From: Alphaproteobacteria bacterium
GTDB lineage: Bacteria; Pseudomonadota; Alphaproteobacteria; SP197
Direction of reading: 5' to 3'
NCBI GenBank assembly: GCA_964291265.2
Contig: OZ219747.1
Location: forward strand, 3,552,001-3,616,000
Length of the DNA: 64,000 nt
Below are positions 1 through 9,294 of the stretch, piece by piece; position 1 is the first letter of the stretch, and each line of letters starts with the position of its first letter. The notes beneath the pieces are model-generated. The model saw nothing but the letters and a program-made list of their open reading frames with translations. It searched no databases and was not told the origin of the DNA. The translations under genes were made by a program, and so were the position numbers.

Positions 1-497
1 CTCTCCTCCAGCGCCCGGGCACCGGAGGGATCGAGATGGTCGGCGGCCAGAGTGAGGTCGCCTCCCGAGGTCTCGCGGATGACATCGACCAGTTCATCCG
101 CCCACAGGCGGACCCTTTCCTGGTAGGTGTCGCCGGCGCCGAAGTAGGTCCAGGTGCGCGCGGGACGGACCTCGCGGATGGTCTCGAGGTGTTCAGACAG
201 GTGAACGGCCGGAGGATAGTCGAAGAGAACGGTTCCTCCTTCGGCCGGGACCCAGCAGTACCGGTGCTGATTGTGCAGGATCCAGACCTGCATGTTGCTG
301 GAGCCGTTGGCGTAGCGAACATTGATGGGGTCATAGAGAAGCACGCCTGCGAGAGAGCGTTCCTTCAGCATCTCCTGGACCCTGCCGAGACGGTAGCGGC
401 GCATCCCCGGAACATCGATCTGGGGCTCGGCATCGTGCTGGGCAATCCCCGGGGTGTTGCGGGCAAGGTACTGACTGTCTGGAGAAGGTCGGAGCAT
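1..497 (-). CDS. M24 Xaa-Pro peptidase family, DddP (DMSP lyase)-like; runs off the window edge
   Basis: Not in the ORF track. Manual translation from ATG 497: MLRPSPDSQYLARNTPGIAQHDAEPQIDVPGMRRYRLGRVQEMLKERSLAGVLLYDPINVRYANGSSNMQVWILHNQHRY..., which resembles the DddP N-terminal motif MR.YR..R...DP.N.RYA..S.NMQ.W..HN. Confidence 0.75.
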   Translation of the reverse strand, partial: MLRPSPDSQYLARNTPGIAQHDAEPQIDVPGMRRYRLGRVQEMLKERSLAGVLLYDPINVRYANGSSNMQVWILHNQHRYCWVPAEGGTVLFDYPPAVHLSEHLETIREVRPARTWTYFGAGDTYQERVRLWADELVDVIRETSGGDLTLAADHLDPSGARALEE

Positions 498-625
498 CGG
501 CTTGCTGTCCCCGTCACATGATTGTCATGGAACGGACGATCAAAGGGAGTGTCAATCGCAAAAGTGCGATCGCTTCAGAGCGACCTGGGGTACAATCGCC
601 GCACGTGTGGAGGAAGGAGAAGGCG

Positions 626-2149
626 ATGGCCCGTCGACGCAGGAGTCGCGCCGGTCTCGGCAGCGAGCGCAAGGCGCTCCACCTCCTCCCATGGCGCCAG
701 GTGCGCAATCCCTTTCCGCCCATCTCGCCTCTCTGTGACGACGAGGTCGAGGTCATTCACCGGACCTCGCTCAGGGTTCTCGACGAACTCGGCATGAAGG
801 TGCTCGACGGCGAGACCCGCAGTCTTCTCAGGAACGCCGGGGCGCGCGTGGACGAGACCGCGGAGATGGTCTTCATGGAGCCTGGCCTGGTGGAGCAGGC
901 CATCGCCACCACGCCGCCCGTCTTCACCCTCCATGCGCGCAACCCGGCGCGCAACATCGAGGTGGGCGGCAACGCCATCAACTTCACGCCGGTTGGCGGA
1001 CCTGCCTTCACCAGCAACCTCGAGAAGGGACGGCGCGCCGGGACCTACGCGGAGTTCTGCGACTTCGTGAAGCTCGAACAGATGTTCGACGTCATCCACA
1101 TGATGGGCGTAGGCGCCTTTGCCTCTCTCGATTTGCCTGCCGAGACGCGCCATCTCGATCATGGTCTGGCAGGATACCTGTATGGCGACAAGGCCGTCCC
1201 GGTGAACCTCCTGGGCCGCGAGCGGGCGCGCGACGGCATCGAACTCGCCAAGATCGCCCTCGGCCTCGATGAGCAGGACATCGAGACAACGCCCTGCGTC
1301 CTCGGCAACATCAACACCAACTCGCCACGCCAGCTTGACGGCTCCATGGCCCAGGGACTGATCACCCTCGCCCGGTCCAACCAGCCGGTGGTGGTGACGC
1401 CCTTCACCCTGTGCGGCGCCATGGCCCCTGCGACCGTCGCGGGCGCCCTGGTGCAGCAGAACGCGGAAGCGCTCTTCGGTCTGGCCCTGATCCAGATCGT
1501 CAGGCCCGGGGCCCCCGGTCTCTATGGCGGCTTCACCAGCAACGTCGACATGAAGACCGGCGCCCCGGCCTTCGGCACCCCGGAGTATGCCCTCGCCTGT
1601 CAGGCAACCGGACAGCTGACACGGCGCTACTGCGTACCCTACCGGTCGAGCAACACCAATGCCTCGAACGCTCCCGATGCCCAGGCTGCCTACGAGAGCA
1701 TGATGTCCCTGTGGGGCGCCATCATGGGCCACGCCAATTTCCTCTTCCATGGCGCCGGCTGGCTCGAGGGCGGCCTCGTCGGCAGTTTCGAGAAACTCGT
1801 CATCGATGCGGAAATGCTGCAGATGATGGCCGTCTACCTCGAAGGGATCCGGGTCGACGAGGACAGTCTGGGATTCGATGCCATCGCCGAAGTGCAACCT
1901 GGAGGGCACTACTTCGGCGCTCGCCACACTCTGGAGCGCTACGAGACGGCCTTCTACAGCCCCTTGCTGTCGGACTGGCGGAACTTCGAGAACTGGAGCG
2001 ACTCCGGGGCCGTGGAGACGGCCGAGAGGGCCCACCGGTTATGGAAGCGCATGCTGAAGGACTACGAGGCACCACCCATCGATCCGGGCACCGTCGAGGG
2101 CCTCAACGACTATGTCGCCCGCCGCAAGGAGGACATTCTCGGCCCCTGA
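626..2149 (+). CDS. Trimethylamine methyltransferase (MttB) family, non-pyrrolysine, MtgB-like
   Basis: Motifs NTNSPRQLD, TPFTLCGAMAPATVAGAL, FTSNVDMKTGAPAFGTPE, HGAGWLEGGL; ATG 626 follows GGAGAAGG; no in-frame TAG. Confidence 0.92.
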   Translation: MARRRRSRAGLGSERKALHLLPWRQVRNPFPPISPLCDDEVEVIHRTSLRVLDELGMKVLDGETRSLLRNAGARVDETAEMVFMEPGLVEQAIATTPPVFTLHARNPARNIEVGGNAINFTPVGGPAFTSNLEKGRRAGTYAEFCDFVKLEQMFDVIHMMGVGAFASLDLPAETRHLDHGLAGYLYGDKAVPVNLLGRERARDGIELAKIALGLDEQDIETTPCVLGNINTNSPRQLDGSMAQGLITLARSNQPVVVTPFTLCGAMAPATVAGALVQQNAEALFGLALIQIVRPGAPGLYGGFTSNVDMKTGAPAFGTPEYALACQATGQLTRRYCVPYRSSNTNASNAPDAQAAYESMMSLWGAIMGHANFLFHGAGWLEGGLVGSFEKLVIDAEMLQMMAVYLEGIRVDEDSLGFDAIAEVQPGGHYFGARHTLERYETAFYSPLLSDWRNFENWSDSGAVETAERAHRLWKRMLKDYEAPPIDPGTVEGLNDYVARRKEDILGP

Positions 2150-2156
2150 TCCCCTT

Positions 2157-3482
2157 TCAGGTGTCCCAGAAACGGACGGGCCGGCCCGTTGGCGTGTCGC
2201 TGATCTCGCCGTCGCGCATGGCCACATGCCCGCGGATCACGGTGGCCTGCGGCCAACCGGTGACCTTCATGCCGTCGTAGGCCGTCCATCCACACCTGGC
2301 ATGCTGCCCGGCATGGCAGATCGTGCGCGTTTCCTTCAGATCGACGAGCGTCAGGTCCCCGTCGTATCCGACGGCGATACGGCCCTTGCCACGGATGTTG
2401 TAGATTCTCTGGGGTCCGTAGCACAGGAGGTCGACCAGGCGCTCGAGACTCAGGCGCCCCTCGGACACGTGGTTCAGCAGGAGCGGCAGGAGCGTCTCGA
2501 CACCCGGCATGCCACCCGGCGTGTCCGGATAGGGCCGCCGCTTCTGCTCGGCCGTATGCGGCGCGTGATCCGATCCCACCACATCGACGATTCCCTGGTC
2601 AATCCCGTGCCACAGGGCGTCCCTGTGACGGGAATCACGAATCGGCGGATTGACCTGGGCGAAGCCACCCAGGCGCTCGTAGCAGTCCGGGGCCGCGAGG
2701 GTGAGATGCTGGGGCAGCAATTCGACGGTTGCGACATCCCTGACGCTGCCAAGAAAAGCAATCTCCTCGGCGGTCGTCACGTGAAGAACATGGATCGGCC
2801 GCGCCGCATCGCGGGCCAGGGCCACGATGCGCCGTGTGGCCTTCAGCGCCGTCTCGACATCCCGCCAGACGGGGTGCGCCCTCGGATGCCCCTCCTCGAC
2901 CGCCAGATGGCGGCGTTCGGCCAGACGGAACTCGTCCTCGGCGTGGATGGCGACGCGCCGTCTGCCGGATTGCAGAACGGATGCGAGTGCGGCGTCGTCT
3001 GCAACCAGCAGGCTGCCCGTGGAACTCCCCATGAAGATCTTGACGCCACAGCAACCGGGATGGAGTTCCAGTTCGGCCAGTCCGTCGTGATTGTCAGCGC
3101 TGGCGCCGGCGAAGAACGCGTGATCGCACCACATGCCGCGTGCTCTCTCGAGCTTGTCCTCCAGGGCTGCAGGCGTTGTCGTCGGCGGGTCGGTGTTCGG
3201 CATTTCGAAGACGGCGACCACACCGCCGGCAACGGCTGAACGTGATCCGTTGGCAAGATCCTCCTTCTCCTCGTGTCCGGGCTCGCGAAAGTGCACCTGG
3301 GTATCGATGATACCTGGCAGGATCACAAGTCCACGTGCATCGAGCGAGGTCCCGGCCGCAGTCGACGGTACATCACCGATGGCGGCAATCCGGCCATCGG
3401 TGACGGCCACATCCGCCTGGCGCCGTCCGGCGGGGGTCATCACCTCGCCACCGGCAACAACGAGATCGAAGGTCTTGCTCAT
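2157..3482 (-). CDS. pyrC: Dihydroorotase (amidohydrolase superfamily)
   Basis: PGIIDTQVHFREPG, FEMPNTDP, KIFMGSSTG, GSDHAPH, GMPGVET. Confidence 0.88.
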   Translation of the reverse strand: MSKTFDLVVAGGEVMTPAGRRQADVAVTDGRIAAIGDVPSTAAGTSLDARGLVILPGIIDTQVHFREPGHEEKEDLANGSRSAVAGGVVAVFEMPNTDPPTTTPAALEDKLERARGMWCDHAFFAGASADNHDGLAELELHPGCCGVKIFMGSSTGSLLVADDAALASVLQSGRRRVAIHAEDEFRLAERRHLAVEEGHPRAHPVWRDVETALKATRRIVALARDAARPIHVLHVTTAEEIAFLGSVRDVATVELLPQHLTLAAPDCYERLGGFAQVNPPIRDSRHRDALWHGIDQGIVDVVGSDHAPHTAEQKRRPYPDTPGGMPGVETLLPLLLNHVSEGRLSLERLVDLLCYGPQRIYNIRGKGRIAVGYDGDLTLVDLKETRTICHAGQHARCGWTAYDGMKVTGWPQATVIRGHVAMRDGEISDTPTGRPVRFWDT

Positions 3483-4225
3483 GGTTCGTCATCCCTTCCG
3501 CTCAGGTGAAAACCGGGCATGTCACTGATAATCGAATCGACACCGGAATTCATGAGTGTCTGCGCTTCGTCGGCATCGTTCACCGTGTAGACGGCAACGC
3601 GTCGACCCCGGCGATGAGCACGGGAGACGAATTCCGGGGTGGCCAGGGACGGATCAACGTGAATGCCGGCGCACCCGAGAAGGGCCGCGTGCCAGGACCA
3701 CAGACGGCGCAACCGGTGTCCCATGATCAGGGCGAGGGGCCAGCGATACCCGGCGAGACGGGCATGATAGAGAACTGCGAGACTGAAGCTCGACACCAGG
3801 GGGCGCTGCCGTCCGGCAGGCCACCGGCTGCGGATGATGTCCGTCGCCCGCCGCGCCAGCGTCATGAGACCACCGCCGTCGGCCTTGATTTCCACATTGG
3901 GAGTCAGGCCCAGGACAATGCAGGCATCGACCGCCTGAACCAGGGTCGGCACCCGTTCCCCCGACCACACGGAATCAAACCAGCTTCCGGCATCGAGGGC
4001 ACCGAGATCCGTGCTGCGCACCTCGTCGATCAGCCGGTCAACACCGGTGGTGCGAAGAAGACTGCGATCATGCAGCACCACCGGGACATCGTCGCCGGCA
4101 AGACGGACATCGAACTCAACCCATTCCAGGCCTTCCTCGGCGGCACGCGCCAGTCCCCCCAGGGTGTTTTCCGGAGCCCTCGCCGCCACGCCGCGGTGGC
4201 CGATGACGGATGGAGCTTCGATCAT
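3479..4225 (-). CDS. Glycerophosphodiester phosphodiesterase (UgpQ-like)
   Basis: IGHRG..APENT, VEFDV, HD, NVEIK, YTVN, SIISD motifs. Confidence 0.9.
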   Translation of the reverse strand: MIEAPSVIGHRGVAARAPENTLGGLARAAEEGLEWVEFDVRLAGDDVPVVLHDRSLLRTTGVDRLIDEVRSTDLGALDAGSWFDSVWSGERVPTLVQAVDACIVLGLTPNVEIKADGGGLMTLARRATDIIRSRWPAGRQRPLVSSFSLAVLYHARLAGYRWPLALIMGHRLRRLWSWHAALLGCAGIHVDPSLATPEFVSRAHRRGRRVAVYTVNDADEAQTLMNSGVDSIISDMPGFHLSGRDDEP

Positions 4226-4230
4226 GCCGT

Positions 4231-6549
4231 TCAGCCGATCAGAACGTCCTGGCCACGTCTGACCAGGCTGTGAGCGATGATCATGCGCTGGATTTCACTG
4301 GTTCCTTCCCAGATCCGCTCCACGCGCAGTTCCCGATAGAACCTCTCTGCCGCGTACTCGCGCATATAGCCACGACCGCCGAAGATCTGCACCGCCCGAT
4401 CAGCGACCCGATTGGCCATTTCCGAACAATGGAGCTTCGCCATGGAGCACATGGCGTGCTGGACCTTGACGTCCTCCCCCTCATCGATAACCGCGGCGAG
4501 GCGGTGAACCATCAGGCGGCCAGCCCACAGCTCCACGAGGCTGTCGGCCAGCATGAACGATATCGCCTGGTTGGCCACGATCGGCCGGCCGAACTGGATG
4601 CGCTCCAGTGCAAAGGCGAGCGCTTCGTCGATGAGGCGGCTGGCGGCCCCGCAGCAGCGCGCCGCGATACCGAAGCGTTCCTGGCGAAACCACTCATGGA
4701 TCCCGGTGCGGCCATCGCCTCCAGGATCGATCAGTGCGTCGGCGGTCACCCTGACCGAATCGAATCGCACGATCGGATGATGGGAGGGGTAGGTGTGGCT
4801 GTAGGCGGGCGTGCGCACGACCTCGACACCCCTGGCATCGCTGTCGACATAGAAGAGCCCGTGGTGACCATTCTCGAAGCGCGCCTGAACGATGACGATG
4901 CCGGCCCGGTTGAAGCCGGTGACATGCCACTTCGTTCCGTTCAGCACCCAGCCGTTTCCGGAACGCACAGCGGTCGTTTCGATGGCATCGACATCGCTCC
5001 CCGCTCCTTCTTCGGTGACAGCGTAGCACTCGCTCGTGGCGCCTTCGAGCAGTGGCTGGACCCAAGCTTCCATCTGTGACGGTGTCGCCGCGCGCACCAG
5101 GAAGGGAGAGACATCATGGAAGAAGAAGCCGACGCCGTTGGTCAGCCTTCCGACCTCTTCCCAGATACCGGCCATGGCCCCGGCAGTGAACCCGCCGCCG
5201 CCGGCCTCCTTCGGCACCTGAGGCAGCCACAGGCCCATGTCCCGGGCAGTACGGAGATGACGCTCCCGGATGTCATCTGGAATCTGTCCGTCATTCATCT
5301 CGGCAACCTGCTCGAGTGGCAGGCGCTCGGCATCGATGAAGGGTCGCAACCTGCTGCGCCAGGCCAGGGCTTCGGCGCTCTCGCCGGCACCGGTGAGAGC
5401 ATCCTGGCCCCGTTTCAGCAGGCCATCGGCAATGATCACGCGCTGGATTTCGCTGGTACCTTCCCAGATCCGGTCAACCCTGAGTTCCCGGTAGAATCTC
5501 TCGGCTACATTCTCGCGCATGTAACCGCGCCCACCGAAGATCTGCACGGCGCGATCGGCCGTCCGGTGCGCGAATTCCGAGCAGAAGAGCTTGGCCATGG
5601 CGCACTTGCCATGGAGAACCTTGACGTCGTCTTCCCGGTCCATGGCCTGTGCCACGTCGTAGGTCATGAGTCGTCCTGCCCAAAGCTCGGTCAGACTGTC
5701 AGCCAGGGGAAACTGGACCGCCTGGTTGTGCCAGATCGGCCGGCCAAACTGAACGCGGTTCCTGGCAAAGGCGAGTGCCTCGTCGATGAGACGGCTGGCG
5801 GCGCCGCAGCAGCGTGCCGCAATCTTCATTCGTTCCTGGCGAAACCAGGCGTATGTCCACTGAAGACCGTCACCTTTTTCGTCGATGAGACTGTCCGCAG
5901 GCACGTGGACGTCGCGGAACTCCATCTCCAGGTGATGGCCACGGCAGTGATGCATGTAGCGCGGCGTGCGCAGGACGGTGACACCGGACGCTCCCTTTTC
6001 CACCCAGAACAGCGCGTGGCGGCCATCCTCGAGCCTTGCCTGGAAGATGATCCAGTCGGAGAGGTTGGCTCCGGTGACATGCATCTTGGTTCCGTTGAGG
6101 AGCCAGCCGTTGCCGTCGCGCCGCGCGGTTGCCTCGATGGCACCGACGTCACTGCCGGTTCCGGGTTCGGTAATGGCATAGGCGACCCGCTTGCGTCCCT
6201 CGATCAGGGGCCGGATGAAGGTCTCCATCTGCCAGGGGGTCGCCGTGTGCCAGAGAAACGGCGACAGATCATGATAGCAGCCCCACAGGCCGTTGGTGGC
6301 CCTGCCCAGGGCTTCCTGGATCACGGCAATCTCGAAGCATGACAGATGGCGACCGCCACTCTCGTCCGGAAGGGAGGGATAGAGGAGACCCATCTCCTCC
6401 GTTGCCCGGAGAATTGCGGCATGGGCTTCATCGGCGATGAAGCCATCGTTCATCTCGGCCTCGACCTCCCGCGGCTGGAGTTCATTCTCGACAAGGGCGC
6501 GCAAGGCCTCCTGCCATTGCCGGGCCTTCGCGGACATCGGATAGACCAT
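4231..6549 (-). CDS. Acyl-CoA dehydrogenase with two complete ACAD domains fused in tandem
   Basis: YA(I/V)TE.G.GSDV, LNGTK, R.QFGRPI, AVQIFGGRGYMRE and RIWEGTSEIQR each occur twice; ATG 6549 follows AGGAG. Confidence 0.9.
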   Translation of the reverse strand: MVYPMSAKARQWQEALRALVENELQPREVEAEMNDGFIADEAHAAILRATEEMGLLYPSLPDESGGRHLSCFEIAVIQEALGRATNGLWGCYHDLSPFLWHTATPWQMETFIRPLIEGRKRVAYAITEPGTGSDVGAIEATARRDGNGWLLNGTKMHVTGANLSDWIIFQARLEDGRHALFWVEKGASGVTVLRTPRYMHHCRGHHLEMEFRDVHVPADSLIDEKGDGLQWTYAWFRQERMKIAARCCGAASRLIDEALAFARNRVQFGRPIWHNQAVQFPLADSLTELWAGRLMTYDVAQAMDREDDVKVLHGKCAMAKLFCSEFAHRTADRAVQIFGGRGYMRENVAERFYRELRVDRIWEGTSEIQRVIIADGLLKRGQDALTGAGESAEALAWRSRLRPFIDAERLPLEQVAEMNDGQIPDDIRERHLRTARDMGLWLPQVPKEAGGGGFTAGAMAGIWEEVGRLTNGVGFFFHDVSPFLVRAATPSQMEAWVQPLLEGATSECYAVTEEGAGSDVDAIETTAVRSGNGWVLNGTKWHVTGFNRAGIVIVQARFENGHHGLFYVDSDARGVEVVRTPAYSHTYPSHHPIVRFDSVRVTADALIDPGGDGRTGIHEWFRQERFGIAARCCGAASRLIDEALAFALERIQFGRPIVANQAISFMLADSLVELWAGRLMVHRLAAVIDEGEDVKVQHAMCSMAKLHCSEMANRVADRAVQIFGGRGYMREYAAERFYRELRVERIWEGTSEIQRMIIAHSLVRRGQDVLIG

Positions 6550-6644
6550 GGACAACTCCTTACCGGACGGAACGACCGTCGCTACACTGCGACCGGGCGC
6601 CATGGTGGCGCAAGACCTTCCCCTTCTCCGGGAGTGAACGACAC

Positions 6645-8444
6645 ATGACGGACCATCGTCTCGACCGCATGCTCAATCCCCGATCCATTGCCGTGGTCGG
6701 CGCTTCTCAGCGGGAAGGCAGTGCCGGTCACGGGATGATGCACGGCCTCATCAACGCCGGGTTTGACGGCGACATCTTCCCGATCAATCCGCGTTACCGG
6801 AACGTCGCCGGTCTCCCGTGCCATGAGTCCCTCACGGACCTGCCGCAACCTGTCGACCTTGCCATGCTCGGCGTCAACAGCATTCGCCTTGAAGGACAGC
6901 TCGACGATGCCATCGCCGCAGGCGCCGGAAGCGCCGTCATCTTCGATACCTGCTATCTTGCCGGGGAGAGCGACAGAGGGCTTCTCGACCGCCTGAAGAC
7001 CAAGGCAAGGGCCGCCGATCTCCCGGTCTGTGGCGGCAACGGCATGGGGTTCATCAATCTCTCGCGGCGGCTGCCCGTCACCATCTTCGACGCCTCGTCC
7101 AAGTTGCGTGACGGGGGCAACGTCGCCTTCATCACCCATTCGGGAACCGTGTTCAGCGAAATCGGCATCAACGACTTCCGCTATGCCTGCAATCTGATCG
7201 TCTCCTGCGGCCAGGAGATCAACGGCACCATGGCCGACTACATGGACTATGCGCTCAACATGGATACGACAAGGGTCGTCGCACTCTTCATCGAGGAGGC
7301 GCGAGACTCCCGGGCCTTCACGGCGGCCCTGGAGAAGGCGCGCGTGCAGGACATCCCGGTGGTGGCCATGAAGGTCGGCCGGACCAGGCTCGCCGCCGAA
7401 TTCGCTCGCGTTCATTCCGATGCCGATACCGGCAATGACAAGGCCTACCAGGCCGTCTTCGATCACTACGGCGTCATGCGCGTCGGCAGCATGGATGAAA
7501 TGGCGAATCTTCTCGCCCTGCTCTCCCACCGACGCCCGCTCGCTCGGGGCGGGATCGGCGTCGTTCTCGATTCGGGCGGCGAAAGGGAGATGTTCACCGA
7601 CCTGGCTGAAGACACCAAAGTTCCCCTGGCCGTCATCACGAGCGAGACGCAGGCGCGTATCCGCCCTCACCTCCACCATGCCCTGGAGCCCGTCAATCCC
7701 CTCGATGCCTGGGGCACCGCCCACAACTACGAGGATGACTTCGAGGCCTACTTTCTCGCCATGTCACAAGATCCCGGTGTCGCCATGGTCACGTTCTGTG
7801 GTGATTTCCAGTGGAACCCCAGTGTCGAGCGCGGCTACGCGAAGGCGCTCGTCGCGGCATCCGGTCAGACCGGCAAACCCGTTTCGGCCATCCTCAACAC
7901 TCCGATGTCAGGCCTGATGACGGCTGGCCGGGACATGAGCAGGCACGGCATTGTCGTCCTTTGCGGCACCAGGGAATCGCTGCTTGCCATCCGGCACGCG
8001 CTTGCCTGGCGGAACCGCACGCTCCCTCGGCCTCCGGTGGCCGCTCCGTGCCACCCTGCCCTTGACGACGATTTCCCCGCCGCGCTTGGCCTTGCCCGAT
8101 CCACGCGAGAGAGTCGCATGAGCGCGATGCCGACCATTCTCCTGAAGGTCGACCCTGCCTTCGGTCCTCTCGTGGGCCTGCGCCGCGGCGGGTCGGATGA
8201 GGAGGTGTGGGCCCTGCCGGGAATCGATCCCGCAACGGCCTGCACGCTCATCGACCGGCTCTACGGGACATGGTTTCCGGGTACCGCCGACCTCCGTCGG
8301 GGTCTCGCCGGTGTCGTGTCGCTGTTTTCGTCCATCGCACCGGACCTTGCAGTCAAGGTGACGTCACTTGAACTCGGTCCGATTCTCGAAGAAGGGGGCG
8401 GCATGGCATGTGCCGGCTTCACGTGGCAGAACGCCGGGGCGTGA
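6645..8444 (+). CDS. Acetate--CoA ligase (ADP-forming) family / CoA-binding protein with shortened, degenerate C-terminal ATP-grasp region
   Basis: PRSIAVVGAS, GNGMGF, HSG, KVGRT..A...HS, SGGE, NPLD; C-terminus lacks the GFPVVLK ATP-grasp motif present in the paralog at 58828-60915. Confidence 0.8.
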   Translation: MTDHRLDRMLNPRSIAVVGASQREGSAGHGMMHGLINAGFDGDIFPINPRYRNVAGLPCHESLTDLPQPVDLAMLGVNSIRLEGQLDDAIAAGAGSAVIFDTCYLAGESDRGLLDRLKTKARAADLPVCGGNGMGFINLSRRLPVTIFDASSKLRDGGNVAFITHSGTVFSEIGINDFRYACNLIVSCGQEINGTMADYMDYALNMDTTRVVALFIEEARDSRAFTAALEKARVQDIPVVAMKVGRTRLAAEFARVHSDADTGNDKAYQAVFDHYGVMRVGSMDEMANLLALLSHRRPLARGGIGVVLDSGGEREMFTDLAEDTKVPLAVITSETQARIRPHLHHALEPVNPLDAWGTAHNYEDDFEAYFLAMSQDPGVAMVTFCGDFQWNPSVERGYAKALVAASGQTGKPVSAILNTPMSGLMTAGRDMSRHGIVVLCGTRESLLAIRHALAWRNRTLPRPPVAAPCHPALDDDFPAALGLARSTRESRMSAMPTILLKVDPAFGPLVGLRRGGSDEEVWALPGIDPATACTLIDRLYGTWFPGTADLRRGLAGVVSLFSSIAPDLAVKVTSLELGPILEEGGGMACAGFTWQNAGA

Positions 8445-9232
8445 GCGACTTCCGGCAAGACGTCATCGAGGGGCTCGCCGCCTCTTCGAGATACCGGTAC
8501 CTCTCCGCCGGTCTTCTGGCGCGGACCGCCGACTGGGCCATGGCGCGTCACGCAAGGCCGGGACCGGCTCTCAAGGCAGCCAAGCGCAAGCTCCATCAGG
8601 TGTTCGGCGCCTATGCCGTGAAGCTCGATTCCCTGGGACACCACCTTGACGCTCTCGAGGCCGGTGGCGAGACACCTGCCGTGTGCCGGCGCATCCTCAA
8701 GCTTCACCATTCCACCGCGGAACGCCTTTGCTTCATGGAGGAATTCCACGCAACCATATGGAAACATTGTGGAATACCACGACACATCCTCGATCTGGCT
8801 GCCGGACTACACGCGTTCTCCCTGCCGTTTTCAGGCCTTGACCCGGCGGTTTCCTACACGGCCATCGAGGTCGATCGGCGCATGGTTGACGCCATCAGAC
8901 GCTTCCTGGCCATCACGCAACGGCCTGGGGGGTGTCTCTGGCATGATATCCTTGACGGGATTCCGCCGGACAACGCCGATGTTGCCCTGGTGCTCAAGAC
9001 CCTGCCCTGTCTCGAACGCCTGGAACCCGGGTCTGCCGTCGAACTCATGCATCGCCTCGACACCATCCCCACCATTGTCGTCAGCTATCCGGTGCAATCG
9101 CTGGGTGGCGCCAGGAAGAACATGCCACAGACCTATCGCGCCCAGGCCGAGGCTCTTGCGGCCGCTTGCGGAAGGGACATCGCATTTCTCGATCTCAACC
9201 GGGAAATCGTTGCCGTACTGTCACATGGCTGA
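8441..9232 (+). CDS. 16S rRNA (guanine(1405)-N7)-methyltransferase family (FmrO/RmtB/Sgm-like)
   Basis: S.RYR.L, K.KLHQVFGAY, HHSTAERL, ILDLAAGL, LKTLPCLE, VSYPVQSLGG..K.M, E-I-V align in order with RmtB/Sgm motifs; GTG start overlaps the upstream stop (GTGA). Confidence 0.85.
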   Translation: MSDFRQDVIEGLAASSRYRYLSAGLLARTADWAMARHARPGPALKAAKRKLHQVFGAYAVKLDSLGHHLDALEAGGETPAVCRRILKLHHSTAERLCFMEEFHATIWKHCGIPRHILDLAAGLHAFSLPFSGLDPAVSYTAIEVDRRMVDAIRRFLAITQRPGGCLWHDILDGIPPDNADVALVLKTLPCLERLEPGSAVELMHRLDTIPTIVVSYPVQSLGGARKNMPQTYRAQAEALAAACGRDIAFLDLNREIVAVLSHG

Positions 9233-9294
9233 GCTCTTGAAGACTGCCGATGGTCCCTCATAATGCATGGTGGACCGCATGAAGGATCCATGAC

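Noticed and set aside
626-2149. Pyrrolysine-containing MttB
   Set aside because: No in-frame TAG and no pyl genes in the window
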